A stretch of DNA of 64,000 nucleotides from Candidatus Nomurabacteria bacterium (GTDB taxonomy: Bacteria; Patescibacteriota; Patescibacteriia; HK-STAS-PATE-3), in contig CP060223.1 of the NCBI GenBank assembly GCA_023898465.1, positions 288,001-352,000 of the forward strand. Direction: 5' to 3'. Below the pieces are notes generated by a model, which was given only the letters and a program-made list of their open reading frames with translations, was not told the origin of the DNA and did no database searches. The number at the start of each line of letters is the position of its first letter. The first letter of the stretch is position 1. The position numbers and the translations under genes were made by a program. This document shows, in pieces, positions 52,433 to 62,190 of this stretch.

Positions 52433-53565
52433 AAAAACCACGCATCGCTTTAGTTCATGAGCACTTAGCCCAGGACGGGGGAGCAGAAAAAGTGCTGAAA
52501 GTGTTTCAGGAAATGTTTCCTGAGGCGCCTACCTATACCTTGGTATTTGATAAACGCAAAACGAATCGGGCCTTTTTAGGAAAGGATATTCGCACGTCTT
52601 TTATTCAAAAGTTGCCTTTCGGGGTACGTCATTATCAAATGTATTTGCCACTTATGCCATCGGCGGTTGAGCAATTCAACTTAGGTGACTACGATATTGT
52701 GCTCTCTTCCAGTTCTGCTTTATCAAAGGGCGTGCTCACGCTTCCAGAGACTCTTCACATTTGTTACTGCCATTCACCAACGCGCTATCTGTGGAGTGAT
52801 ACGCATCGTTACGTGCAGGAGCTACCCTACAATCGTCTGATCAAAAAGTTTGTTCCGATGCTGCTTAATCGCATTCGCATGTGGGACCGTTTAGCGGCTG
52901 AGCGAGTTGATACTTTTATTGCAAATTCATACGCTATCCGACGTCGCATTCAGAAATATTATCAGCGCGACAGTCAGGTTATTTATCCGCCGGTTGATGC
53001 ACAGTCATTTAGTATTAGCCCGACTATTGGCAATTACTATTTGATCGGTGGTCGCTTAGTTGCGTACAAGCGCTATGACCTGGCGGTGATGGCCTTTAAT
53101 CGCCTTGGTATTCCTTTGAAGATATTTGGCGATGGGCCGGAACTTAAAAACCTCAAAAGCATTGCTAAGTCTAATATTGAGTTTGTCGGCAAAGTTTCGC
53201 CGGATGAATTAAAAAAGCTGTATCGTGAGTGCGTGGCTTTTCTTCACCCACAAGAAGAAGACTTTGGCATCACTGCAATTGAGGCAATGGCGTCTGGTCG
53301 TCCTGTTATTGCGTATGCGGCTGGTGGTGCGCTGGAAACAGTAATACCCGGAAAAACAGGCGAGCTTTTTGATGATCAAAATTGGGAAACCTTAGCAGAC
53401 ACAATAGTCCGTTTCCATCCCGAACAGTATTCACCAGAAGAAATTCGTGCGCACGCTTTGCAGTTTGATACCGAAGTGTTTAAGAAGCGGGTGCACGACT
53501 TTGTCGATCAAAAATACGCTGAGCATTCAACTATTCGTAATTCATCACATCCCTATGGAGCTTGA
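52429..53565 (+). CDS. glycosyltransferase family 4
   Basis: ATGA overlap with the previous gene. IALVHEHLAQDGGAEKV and EDFGITAIEAMASGRPVIA. Confidence 0.85.
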   Translation: MKKPRIALVHEHLAQDGGAEKVLKVFQEMFPEAPTYTLVFDKRKTNRAFLGKDIRTSFIQKLPFGVRHYQMYLPLMPSAVEQFNLGDYDIVLSSSSALSKGVLTLPETLHICYCHSPTRYLWSDTHRYVQELPYNRLIKKFVPMLLNRIRMWDRLAAERVDTFIANSYAIRRRIQKYYQRDSQVIYPPVDAQSFSISPTIGNYYLIGGRLVAYKRYDLAVMAFNRLGIPLKIFGDGPELKNLKSIAKSNIEFVGKVSPDELKKLYRECVAFLHPQEEDFGITAIEAMASGRPVIAYAAGGALETVIPGKTGELFDDQNWETLADTIVRFHPEQYSPEEIRAHALQFDTEVFKKRVHDFVDQKYAEHSTIRNSSHPYGA

Positions 53566-54178
53566 CGGATACCTACGGGCCACATTGCGCCGCCGCACTT
53601 TGGTCATCTCACTTACCTTACTCGGCGGTATTATTGCCTTTGTCTTAAGTTATCTGACGCCGGTGCGCTATGATGTGGCAGTCGCCTCAACTATCCAGCG
53701 TGTGAATGGTCAGAACACTGAACAGTTTCAGTACGATGAGTATTATGCACTGCAGTCGGTTGACCTCGTGGCGCAAACTATCGTGAGCTGGTTTGCCACC
53801 CCATCTTTTGTGGTAGCGGTGTACGAGGAAGCTGGGTTTGATCCGGCAGTCCAATCAGTCAACGAATTAAGTCGTCGCTTTGAAGCACGGAAGTATTCCG
53901 GCCAAAACGTGGTAATAAACTTCACTCAAGAATCGCGAGACAGCGCTGAAAAACTTGCCCAGGGTATTATTGCTTTAGTTGGTGAGCGAGTACCGCAGCT
54001 TGTCCAAGATGCTAATGATACTGGTGCCTTTGCAATTGATTTTGATGCGCCGGTTATTTCCGAGCGAAAAGCAAATCAATTACTCGATACGATACTCGGA
54101 TTATTGGTAGGACTTTTTGTTGCCCTGTTTATTGCCGCTGCGCAAGAAGCCTTAAGCCGGGACACGCAAAGTGTCTGA
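53555..54178 (+). CDS. Wzz-like bitopic membrane protein (possible chain-length determinant)
   Basis: 207 aa. TM helices at both ends (VISLTLLGGIIAFVL and ILGLLVGLFVALFIAAA). Call rests on locus context. Confidence 0.45.
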   Translation: MELDGYLRATLRRRTLVISLTLLGGIIAFVLSYLTPVRYDVAVASTIQRVNGQNTEQFQYDEYYALQSVDLVAQTIVSWFATPSFVVAVYEEAGFDPAVQSVNELSRRFEARKYSGQNVVINFTQESRDSAEKLAQGIIALVGERVPQLVQDANDTGAFAIDFDAPVISERKANQLLDTILGLLVGLFVALFIAAAQEALSRDTQSV

Positions 54179-55307
54179 GAAACGAGTTGGCATTGATGCA
54201 CGTTTCTTTGGACCAGGGGGTAAGGGCTTAGGTCGCTACACCGAGCGTTTGATTAAACACTTGGAGGCACTCGACTTGCCATTTGAGCTGGTAGTTTTTT
54301 TGCGCGAAGAAAATTGGGAAGAGTATCAGCCAAGTAATCCCAAAGTGAAGAAAGTCTTAGCTCCGTATCGCTGGTATTCACTTGCCGAGCAGCTGTATTT
54401 TCCACGCTTGATACGCGCGCAAAAACTTGACCTCACCCACTACGCACACTTTAATGTGCCACTCTTTGCGCCAAAGCGTTTCATCGTCACTATTCACGAT
54501 CTCATCTTAACAAAGTTTCCCACCGAGCGGGCGAGCACACTAGGCCCCTTACGCTATTGGGTGAAACATGCCGGGTCGCAGTTGGTCTTGCAGCAGGCCG
54601 TGAAGCGCGCAGAGAAGGTGATTACAGTATCTCAGTACTCAGCCGAGCAAATCGCTCAAACGCTCCATGTGCCAAAAGAGAAAATTCAAGTAATTCTCGA
54701 GGGTTGTGAACCATTAGCAAACACAGATCCAGTGAGGCCACAGAGCTTAACCCAAGTAGAAGATGGCTATGTGCTCTACGTTGGTAACGCGTATCCGCAT
54801 AAGAATCTAGAATATCTGCTAGAAGTTTGGGAAAAGATGAGAGCCTCTGGACGTGATGAGACGCTCGTCTTAGTGGGTAAGATGGATTATTTTTATTCTC
54901 GGCTTCGTGAGCGCGCCAAGCAAAAGGGTTTACTCGAAGGAAAATCACCAGTTGTCTTTGCTGGAGGTTTGAGCGATGCCGAGCTGCAATGGGCTTATGC
55001 ACACAGCGGTCTCTATGTATTTCCATCTCTTATGGAAGGTTTTGGTCTGCCTCCGCTTGAAGCAATGCGCGCCGGCGTGCCTGTGGTGGCTGCTCGTGCT
55101 TCTTGCCTCCCTGAAATTTTGGGCCCGGCTGCTGAGTATTTTGATCCACATTCACAGGAAGACCTCCAGCGCGCTATGTTGGCTGTTTTAGATAACCCCG
55201 CACTTCGGGAAAAGTACATCTCCTTAGGCTATGAGCAGATAGGGCGCTATCGTTGGGAGGAAATGGCAAAGCAGACCGCCCAACTTTATCAAGAACTGCT
55301 ATACTAG
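54171..55307 (+). CDS. glycosyltransferase family 1/4
   Basis: GTG start. EGFGLPPLEAMRAGVPVVAA motif. Confidence 0.85.
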   Translation: MSEKRVGIDARFFGPGGKGLGRYTERLIKHLEALDLPFELVVFLREENWEEYQPSNPKVKKVLAPYRWYSLAEQLYFPRLIRAQKLDLTHYAHFNVPLFAPKRFIVTIHDLILTKFPTERASTLGPLRYWVKHAGSQLVLQQAVKRAEKVITVSQYSAEQIAQTLHVPKEKIQVILEGCEPLANTDPVRPQSLTQVEDGYVLYVGNAYPHKNLEYLLEVWEKMRASGRDETLVLVGKMDYFYSRLRERAKQKGLLEGKSPVVFAGGLSDAELQWAYAHSGLYVFPSLMEGFGLPPLEAMRAGVPVVAARASCLPEILGPAAEYFDPHSQEDLQRAMLAVLDNPALREKYISLGYEQIGRYRWEEMAKQTAQLYQELLY

Positions 55308-55326
55308 GGTGATAGAGGATTGACCC

Positions 55327-57531
55327 ATGCTACACTCATCCAAATCTAACTCGACCGAAGGCGTCCCACAACAAAATGTGCTTGATTTGCGCAAAATGTT
55401 GCAGCGGCCAAAACCAGCGCCAGAAGTAAAGAAAAAACCTGTTCAGAAAATAGTGAAAGAGCAGCTTTCTTCTCTTCGCCCGACTCATTTCTCAATTGAA
55501 AAACCAAAGGTGAGCATGCGCTTACCTCAGGTTTCTTTTGTATATTTCCGTCGCCTACCTGGACATTGGCGAAGTGTGCTGGTCTTTGCGGCGATTGCGT
55601 TACTTTTACTCAGTCCTATGCTCCTAAGCGGGCCTGTACGTCGTTTACATACAGCGAAAGGTGAAGTTTTAGCTGCCTCCACTCAAGCCTATGCGTTTTT
55701 ACAAACAGCCGGTGATGAGGCGAGTCAATTTGAGTTTAGCAAGGCTGAGGATGCTTTTAACCAGGCGCTCAGTCAATTTCAAGATGCGCAAAATTCTTTT
55801 GATGGTATTGGTGGCTCATTAAAGACGATTTTGCGGATTATGCCTTTTACCGGCTCCTCAGTCACTACTGGTGAAGCGTTGCTGACGGCTGGTCAGTCAA
55901 TCGCCCGAGCTGGTCAACGCTTTAGCCAGGCGGCGCAGGTGCTGACCGAGCAAACGAGTCAACTTGATCCAAATGTAGAGCAGGGCACAAATTTACAAGA
56001 AATTTTTCAAGTACTTCCCCCGGCTTTAGATGATATTAGCAGTGACATCGATGTTGCGCTGGCAGCAATTAAAAAGGTTGATCCAAAGCAGGTACCAGAA
56101 TCATATCGAGATGCGCTTGAGCAAGTGCGAAGTCAGCTGCCGAGTTTTTATGTAGCATTCCATCGAGTTCAATCAAGTGTTCATGTGCTATCTACACTCT
56201 TCTCTAGCGGCGAAGAAAAGCAATACGCTCTCGTCTTTCAAAATAGTAATGAGCTACGCCCGACCGGTGGCTTCATGGGGAGCTGGGCGCTTATCAGTGT
56301 ACGGGATGGCCGAGTAAAGGTGCTTGAAGTGCCAGGGCGGGGTTTCCTCGACTTAAATTTTGGAAGCGATGCACCGTATGTGCCACCTGAGCCTCTCCAG
56401 CTCGTTAATCCGACTTGGCAAATTCAAGACGCGAATTGGTGGCCAGATTTTCCTAGCTCGGCCGAGAAAATTAATTGGTTCTACGAGCGGGCAAGAGGAT
56501 ACCAGCTTGATGGCATTATTGCCATGACACCAGCAGTCGTAGAGGATTTACTTAGCTTAACCGGCTCAATTGAGTTACCTGACTATGATTTGCAGGTTGA
56601 TGCCGAGAGCTTCCGCACCGGTTTACAAGAGGCAGTTGAAGTGACCTATGATAAGGAGTTGAACCAGCCGAAGCAAGTTGTTGGAGCATTATTGCCCAAG
56701 CTGCTTGAATCAGTTTTTGCGCTGCCAACCAAGGATTTACTACAGGTCGCATCAGTCTTAACCGATTCATTGGCTCATCGAGATATTTTACTTTATAGCA
56801 AAGATGTTGACTTACAGAACGAAATTCGCGACTTAGGTTGGGCTGGGGAGGTGTTATCGGCGCCGCATGATTATCTTCAAGTGGTCGAAGCGAACATCGG
56901 GGGTGGCAAGACCGATGGCATGATGCAGCAAGATATTTCCCATGAAGTAAGTATCCAATCTGATGGAAGTCTAGAAGTGCACCTAACCTTGCACCGGCGT
57001 AATCTCGGCGATCCAAATGACGAGTGGACTGGTGTGAAAAATGTCTCGTACTTGCGTTTCTATGTGCCAGAGGGAAGTCGTTTCTTAAGCGCTGAGGGAT
57101 TTACTGCGATTGGTCCAGGGCGTCAGCAACGCGTACCCTCTGATGCACAAAGCGATCCGACGAGTGCTGGGCTCGAGCAAATTGATGCAGAGGATGCGCT
57201 TTCCCATACGCAGATAAGTCATGGCTTTGCTAAGACAATATTTGGTAATTGGCTTGAATTAGGCCCTGGTGAAGAAGTAACTGCAACAATAAGCTATCAA
57301 CTACCGTTTACTTGGGATGATGTGCGTAAGGATGGATATAGCCTCTATGTTCAACAACAAGCCGGGACGAGTCAGCGTACATTACTAAGTAGTTTTAGTT
57401 TTCCTGAATCATTTACTCCAAACTGGTCTAGTCCGACCGGTGGAGAGGTATATCGCCTCGGAAATTCGGTGCGCTTTTCTGCTCCTTTAGTAATGGATCA
57501 GAGTTATGCGCTTTCTTTTACTAAGCGCTAG
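55327..57531 (+). CDS. DUF4012 domain membrane-anchored protein
   Basis: 734 aa with one TM helix. NSNELRPTGGFMGSWALI matches the DUF4012 core as I recall it. Confidence 0.65.
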   Translation: MLHSSKSNSTEGVPQQNVLDLRKMLQRPKPAPEVKKKPVQKIVKEQLSSLRPTHFSIEKPKVSMRLPQVSFVYFRRLPGHWRSVLVFAAIALLLLSPMLLSGPVRRLHTAKGEVLAASTQAYAFLQTAGDEASQFEFSKAEDAFNQALSQFQDAQNSFDGIGGSLKTILRIMPFTGSSVTTGEALLTAGQSIARAGQRFSQAAQVLTEQTSQLDPNVEQGTNLQEIFQVLPPALDDISSDIDVALAAIKKVDPKQVPESYRDALEQVRSQLPSFYVAFHRVQSSVHVLSTLFSSGEEKQYALVFQNSNELRPTGGFMGSWALISVRDGRVKVLEVPGRGFLDLNFGSDAPYVPPEPLQLVNPTWQIQDANWWPDFPSSAEKINWFYERARGYQLDGIIAMTPAVVEDLLSLTGSIELPDYDLQVDAESFRTGLQEAVEVTYDKELNQPKQVVGALLPKLLESVFALPTKDLLQVASVLTDSLAHRDILLYSKDVDLQNEIRDLGWAGEVLSAPHDYLQVVEANIGGGKTDGMMQQDISHEVSIQSDGSLEVHLTLHRRNLGDPNDEWTGVKNVSYLRFYVPEGSRFLSAEGFTAIGPGRQQRVPSDAQSDPTSAGLEQIDAEDALSHTQISHGFAKTIFGNWLELGPGEEVTATISYQLPFTWDDVRKDGYSLYVQQQAGTSQRTLLSSFSFPESFTPNWSSPTGGEVYRLGNSVRFSAPLVMDQSYALSFTKR

Positions 57532-57545
57532 TAGAATAGCATTTT

Positions 57546-59177
57546 ATGAGTGGTCGCTGGCAACGAATTCAAACATCACTAACTGGCGGAGCCTTGCTGA
57601 TTGCAGCGGCTTCTTTAGTGAGTAAGGTATTAGGCTTTGTTCGTGACAGGCTTTTGGCTGCTCAATTTGGCGCAGGTGATACGCTTGATGCGTACTATGC
57701 AGCGTTTAAGCTTCCGGACTTAATATTTAATGTGCTGGTGCTCGGCGCCTTATCAGCAGCTTTCATCCCTGTTTTTATCGAGCGTTGGCAAAAATGTCAG
57801 ACCGAAGAAGAAAAACAGCAAGCGTGGCATATTGCAAATTCGGTTTTAAATATTTTGCTGATTATTCTGGCGGTCCTTAGCGTGCTCTTGATACTTTTCG
57901 CGCCGTGGTTAGTACCGTTTTTGGCTCCTGGATTTCCTGAAGAGAAGATGCGTCTAACTGTGCAGCTGACGCAGATCATGCTCGGTTCGATTCTTTTCTT
58001 CGGGGTGAGTAATGTGTTTAGCGGCCTATTAAACGCTTTTCGACGATTTGCTGCGTATGCTATGGCGCCGATTTTTTACAACGTCGGCATCATCGTCGGT
58101 ATCACCGCGTTTTATAGCTGGTGGGGCATCCCAGGTTTAGCCTGGGGGGTTGTGTTAGGTGCGGCATTGCACATGCTTGTACAAATTCCGGCCGTCTTTC
58201 ACACGGGTTATCGCTATTCCACCGCACTTGATATGCGCGATCCAGCAGTGAAAAAAATAATGCGCCTTATTTTGCCGCGAACTTTAGGCCTAGCAGTAAA
58301 CCAATTGAACAATGTTGTCATTACCATCATTGGGTCAACTCTGGCAGCGGGCTCGGTCGCCATTTTTAATTTTGCAAACAATTTACAAAGCTTTCCCATT
58401 GGCTTAGTCGGAGTTTCGCTTGCTGTGGCGGCCTTCCCATATTTTTCCGAAGCTTTTTCTCAGCAGGATAAAGAGAAGTTTGTGACGCATTTTTCTATAA
58501 CCCTACGTCGGATCGTCTTCTTTATCGTGCCGGCCGCTGTCCTCATCCTCTTACTACGTGCGCATATTGTTCGTGTTGTCTTGGGGGCAGGGGAGTTTGA
58601 TTGGGAGGCAACATATTTAACTGCGCAGACGCTGGGGTATTTCGCAGTCTCACTAGTAGCCCAAAGTTTATTACCAATGTTAGCTCGGTCTTTTTATGCT
58701 GATCAGGATACAAGCACTCCGGTAAAAATCGCTGTGGTCAGTCTCTTGGTCAACGTCGCTTTATCGATCTGGTTGGCGCCTCAGCACGGAATACTTGGTT
58801 TGGCTGCTGCATTTTCCGTAGCCAATGTGGTGAATATGCTGCTCTTATTGGCAGTGCTTCGGGTACGGCATGGAAATCTCGATGACGAGAGAATAATCCG
58901 ATCGACTATTAATATTTTACTCGCCTCAGCAGTGATGGCCTTGGTTACCTGGATAAGTTTGCGCGCATTTTTACCTGGAATTAACAATCGGACCTTTATC
59001 GGCATCTTCTTGCAAGGGGCAATAGCGGGCAGTATTGGTATTCTTGTATATTTGGGAATTGCCATCACTTTCCGTTTTGATGAGGTGCATCTTGTCACAA
59101 CACGTCTGCAGCGGATTTGGCAACAATTGAGAGCTGTGCTAAGAAACGGTGGTAAGTGGAAACAGGGAGCAGAATAA
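57546..59177 (+). CDS. murJ: lipid II flippase MurJ (MviN)
   Basis: SRVLGFVRDRLLAAQFGAG...DAYYAAFKLPD, with 12-14 TM helices. Confidence 0.9.
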   Translation: MSGRWQRIQTSLTGGALLIAAASLVSKVLGFVRDRLLAAQFGAGDTLDAYYAAFKLPDLIFNVLVLGALSAAFIPVFIERWQKCQTEEEKQQAWHIANSVLNILLIILAVLSVLLILFAPWLVPFLAPGFPEEKMRLTVQLTQIMLGSILFFGVSNVFSGLLNAFRRFAAYAMAPIFYNVGIIVGITAFYSWWGIPGLAWGVVLGAALHMLVQIPAVFHTGYRYSTALDMRDPAVKKIMRLILPRTLGLAVNQLNNVVITIIGSTLAAGSVAIFNFANNLQSFPIGLVGVSLAVAAFPYFSEAFSQQDKEKFVTHFSITLRRIVFFIVPAAVLILLLRAHIVRVVLGAGEFDWEATYLTAQTLGYFAVSLVAQSLLPMLARSFYADQDTSTPVKIAVVSLLVNVALSIWLAPQHGILGLAAAFSVANVVNMLLLLAVLRVRHGNLDDERIIRSTINILLASAVMALVTWISLRAFLPGINNRTFIGIFLQGAIAGSIGILVYLGIAITFRFDEVHLVTTRLQRIWQQLRAVLRNGGKWKQGAE

Positions 59178-59185
59178 GCCCGTCT

Positions 59186-59233
59186 ATGCATCAACACATC
59201 CGTAATTTCAGCATCATTGCCCATATTGATCAT
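59186..59233 (+). pseudogene. relic 5' end of a lepA gene (16 codons MHQHIRNFSIIAHIDH), then divergent sequence to a stop at 59287
   Basis: Encodes the same IRNFSIIAHIDH as real lepA codons 8-19 (59314-59349). 8 of the 12 codons differ, all at synonymous third positions. Confidence 0.7.
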
Positions 59234-59292
59234 CCCGCTACCACTCTGTTTTTTTATCTACTAAGTAGGCGGGACGGGACTCGGTAATCTCT

Positions 59293-61074
59293 ATGAATTC
59301 CGCTGATAAGCAAATTCGAAATTTTAGTATTATCGCTCATATCGATCATGGGAAGTCGACTTTAGCCGATCGATTCTTGGAGTTGACAGGTACAGTAGAT
59401 GCTCGGCATATGCGAGCTCAGTATCTCGACCGGATGGATTTAGAGCGTGAACGGGGTATTACGATCAAGCTCAAGCCAATTCAGATGCAGTATAAGGGCT
59501 ATACCCTGAACTTGATTGATACACCAGGTCATGTGGATTTTACCTATGAGGTATCACGTTCCTTAGCAGCTGTTGAGGGGGTAATTCTCATTGTCGATGC
59601 GACGCAAGGTGTCGAGGCGCAGACAGTCGCCAATCTTTACTTAGCTTTGCAACAGGATCTACAGATCATTCCGGTTATGAACAAAATTGATCTGCCGAAT
59701 GCTGATGTGCCGCGGGTGAGGCAGGAATTAGCCCAACTCATCGGTGTGGACCCCGAGTCAATTTTAGCTGTTTCTGCCAAGACGGGGGAAGGTGTCGAAG
59801 CAGTACTTGAGCGAATTATTGCTGAAGTGCCAGCACCCAAAGGTACGCTTGATGCACCAACCCAGGCGCTTATTTTTGACTCCTACTTTGATGACTATCG
59901 AGGAGTGATTAGCTCGGTGCGAGTGGTCAACGGCGCAATTCGCAGCAATGAGGATATCCGTTTTCTTGCTACCAAAACGCAAACCAAAGCGCTCGAGGTT
60001 GGTCACTTTGGCATGGAGTTTCAACCAAAGCCTGAAATAAAAGCCGGCGAGATTGGATATATCGTGACCGGACTGCGTGACATTGAAAAGGCAAAAGTGG
60101 GTGATACGATAAGCACCACGAAAAGCGTTGCCACAGCACTGCCGGGATATCAGGCAATGAAGCCAATGGTTTTTGCCGCACTCTATTGCCAATCGGGCGA
60201 TGAGTTTGAGCGATTGCGCGAAGGAATTGAAAAGTTAAAATTGAACGACGCTGCCTTAGACTACATTCCTGAGCATTCGCCAGCACTAGGTTTTGGTTTT
60301 CGCTGTGGTTTCTTAGGCATGCTGCATATGGAAGTGGTAGAGCAGCGTCTGAAGCGAGAATTTGGTATCAGTGTTATTGTGAGCGCCCCATCAGTGGCCT
60401 ATCGAATCACTACAACAAACAAAGAAACAAAGGATTATGCAAATCCGATGGATTGGCCGGAAGCGAATCACATAGTGAAAGTTGAGGAGCCGTGGATGAG
60501 TGTAACCGTCGTCAGTCCAAACGACTGGATAGGCCCGGTCATGCAGGCAGTGACTGATCGGCGCGGGGTGTACAAGACTACCGAGTATCTCGAAGGAGGT
60601 CGCTTAGTGTTGCATTATGAAGTGCCTTTATCCTCGTTGATCAGCGATTTTCATGATACACTGAAGAGCGTATCGCAGGGTTATGCTTCTTTAAATTACG
60701 ATTATTTAGGCTTCCGAGAGGCAGACGTGACTCGATTGGATATCCACGTTGCCGAAGAGATGGTTGATGCGCTCACCATGATTGTGAATAGCGATGAGGC
60801 GTATCGAGAAGGTCGACGCGTGGTTGATACCCTCAAGGACATCCTTCCTCGTCAACAGTTTGAACTCAAAATCCAAGCCTTGATTGGCGGTAAGGTGATT
60901 GCCTCCAGCCGAATCGCTCCATTGCGCAAAGATGTCACGGCAAAACTCTATGGAGGCGATGTCACTCGTAAGCGTAAACTCTTGGAAAAGCAGAAAAAGG
61001 GAAAGAAGCGCATGAAAACCATGGGGCGCGTTTCTATCCCGGCTGATGCTTATATTAAACTGTTGCGGCGTTAA
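59293..61074 (+). CDS. lepA: translation elongation factor 4 (LepA)
   Basis: IRNFSIIAHIDHGKSTLADR, DTPGHVDF, NKIDL. LepA-specific C-terminal domain ending GRVSIPADAYIKLLRR. Confidence 0.97.
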   Translation: MNSADKQIRNFSIIAHIDHGKSTLADRFLELTGTVDARHMRAQYLDRMDLERERGITIKLKPIQMQYKGYTLNLIDTPGHVDFTYEVSRSLAAVEGVILIVDATQGVEAQTVANLYLALQQDLQIIPVMNKIDLPNADVPRVRQELAQLIGVDPESILAVSAKTGEGVEAVLERIIAEVPAPKGTLDAPTQALIFDSYFDDYRGVISSVRVVNGAIRSNEDIRFLATKTQTKALEVGHFGMEFQPKPEIKAGEIGYIVTGLRDIEKAKVGDTISTTKSVATALPGYQAMKPMVFAALYCQSGDEFERLREGIEKLKLNDAALDYIPEHSPALGFGFRCGFLGMLHMEVVEQRLKREFGISVIVSAPSVAYRITTTNKETKDYANPMDWPEANHIVKVEEPWMSVTVVSPNDWIGPVMQAVTDRRGVYKTTEYLEGGRLVLHYEVPLSSLISDFHDTLKSVSQGYASLNYDYLGFREADVTRLDIHVAEEMVDALTMIVNSDEAYREGRRVVDTLKDILPRQQFELKIQALIGGKVIASSRIAPLRKDVTAKLYGGDVTRKRKLLEKQKKGKKRMKTMGRVSIPADAYIKLLRR

Positions 61075-61182
61075 TTCCCTTATCTAGCTGAAAAACGGTG
61101 ATATCGTAAAGAGTATCATTGCTGCCAGCATGATGATGGAAACAACCAGCCAAATCTTGTGTGCGGTTTTCTTACGTGCCAT

Positions 61183-61731
61183 ATGCTCGATTCGTATATT
61201 AGCAAAAATTTAAAAGATGGAGAAACGGTCTTGCGGATAGTGAAGCAATTTCCCTTTATGGTGGCATTTCGACTTTCTCTGCTGGGCATTGTGCTGCTGC
61301 TCGATTTCTTCTTTTTAACCTTTTTTATACAAAGAGGCACCTGGGGCTTTCTTCTCTTTTGCTTGGTGCTTTTAGCGGTGATTTTTTTCTCATGGCGTCA
61401 ATGGTACATGTGGTCAATGAATGTTCTGCTCATTACCAACCAGAGGATTGTTGATATTGATCAAAGAGGCTTTTTTGATCGTACGGTTTCTGAGACCACC
61501 TATCGACGTATTCAAGATGTGAGTTATTCAAGCTCAGGTATCTTTGCCACACTTTTTCACTATGGCAGGATTGTTATTCAAACTGCAGGCACGCAGACGA
61601 GGATTGAATTGGCCTATATTAAGAATCCAGAGCACGTGCAAGATCTGATTACGCATCTTCAGGATGAGAGCGCGCTGACTGATCGAGCAAAAAGTCAGCC
61701 AGAGGAGGGGAACCATGCCCAGGAAATCTAA
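61183..61731 (+). CDS. membrane protein with bacterial PH (YdbS/DUF304-like) domain
   Basis: LKDGETVLRIVKQ, two TM helices, then ITNQRIVDIDQRGFFDRTVSETTYRRIQDV. Start at ATG 61183, or GTG 61159. Confidence 0.55.
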   Translation: MLDSYISKNLKDGETVLRIVKQFPFMVAFRLSLLGIVLLLDFFFLTFFIQRGTWGFLLFCLVLLAVIFFSWRQWYMWSMNVLLITNQRIVDIDQRGFFDRTVSETTYRRIQDVSYSSSGIFATLFHYGRIVIQTAGTQTRIELAYIKNPEHVQDLITHLQDESALTDRAKSQPEEGNHAQEI

Positions 61732-62137
61732 AAAGCGCCAAACGCAACAAAATCCCTTAGCCAAAACTCGCTTTGTGCTAGCTCTTGCTTTACTCGTTCT
61801 CGCCGTAATCAGTACCTCAATTGTAAAAGAGCTTATCCGGCGTCACGATGTACATAGTGAGTTATCTGGTTTATCAGAGGAAATTGCAGCCCTAGAGTCA
61901 CGCAATACTGAGCTGGGCTCGCTTCTGACATATTTGCAAAGCTCGACCTACCATGAACAAGAAGCTCGTCTTAAACTTGGCCTCCAGGGTCAGGGCGAGC
62001 GAGTACTTATTGTGCCAGGCTCCGAAAAAACTTTGCCTGACAACGTAAATGTAGAGAATGCAAAAGGTACAGATCCCCAAAAAGTGCAGGGTAATCCAAA
62101 CAAATGGTGGAAGTGGCTTTTCTTGGCAAAAGATTGA
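61715..62137 (+). CDS. FtsB/DivIC-like septum formation initiator family protein
   Basis: Basic N-terminus, one TM helix, a coiled coil (SGLSEEIAALESRNTELGSLL), then YHEQEARLKLGL. Confidence 0.55.
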   Translation: MPRKSKKRQTQQNPLAKTRFVLALALLVLAVISTSIVKELIRRHDVHSELSGLSEEIAALESRNTELGSLLTYLQSSTYHEQEARLKLGLQGQGERVLIVPGSEKTLPDNVNVENAKGTDPQKVQGNPNKWWKWLFLAKD

Positions 62138-62190
62138 CGGAAAAGGCCTAATTCCGTACACTTCTAGAGTACTATCTTTATCTCAATCCC

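Noticed and set aside
61116-61340. A 74-aa minus-strand ORF downstream of lepA, and the 77-aa minus-strand ORF at 32544-32777.
   Set aside because: Both have low-complexity translations and no SD. The first overlaps the better-supported + strand PH-domain membrane gene, and the second overlaps the leader of the small membrane ORF.
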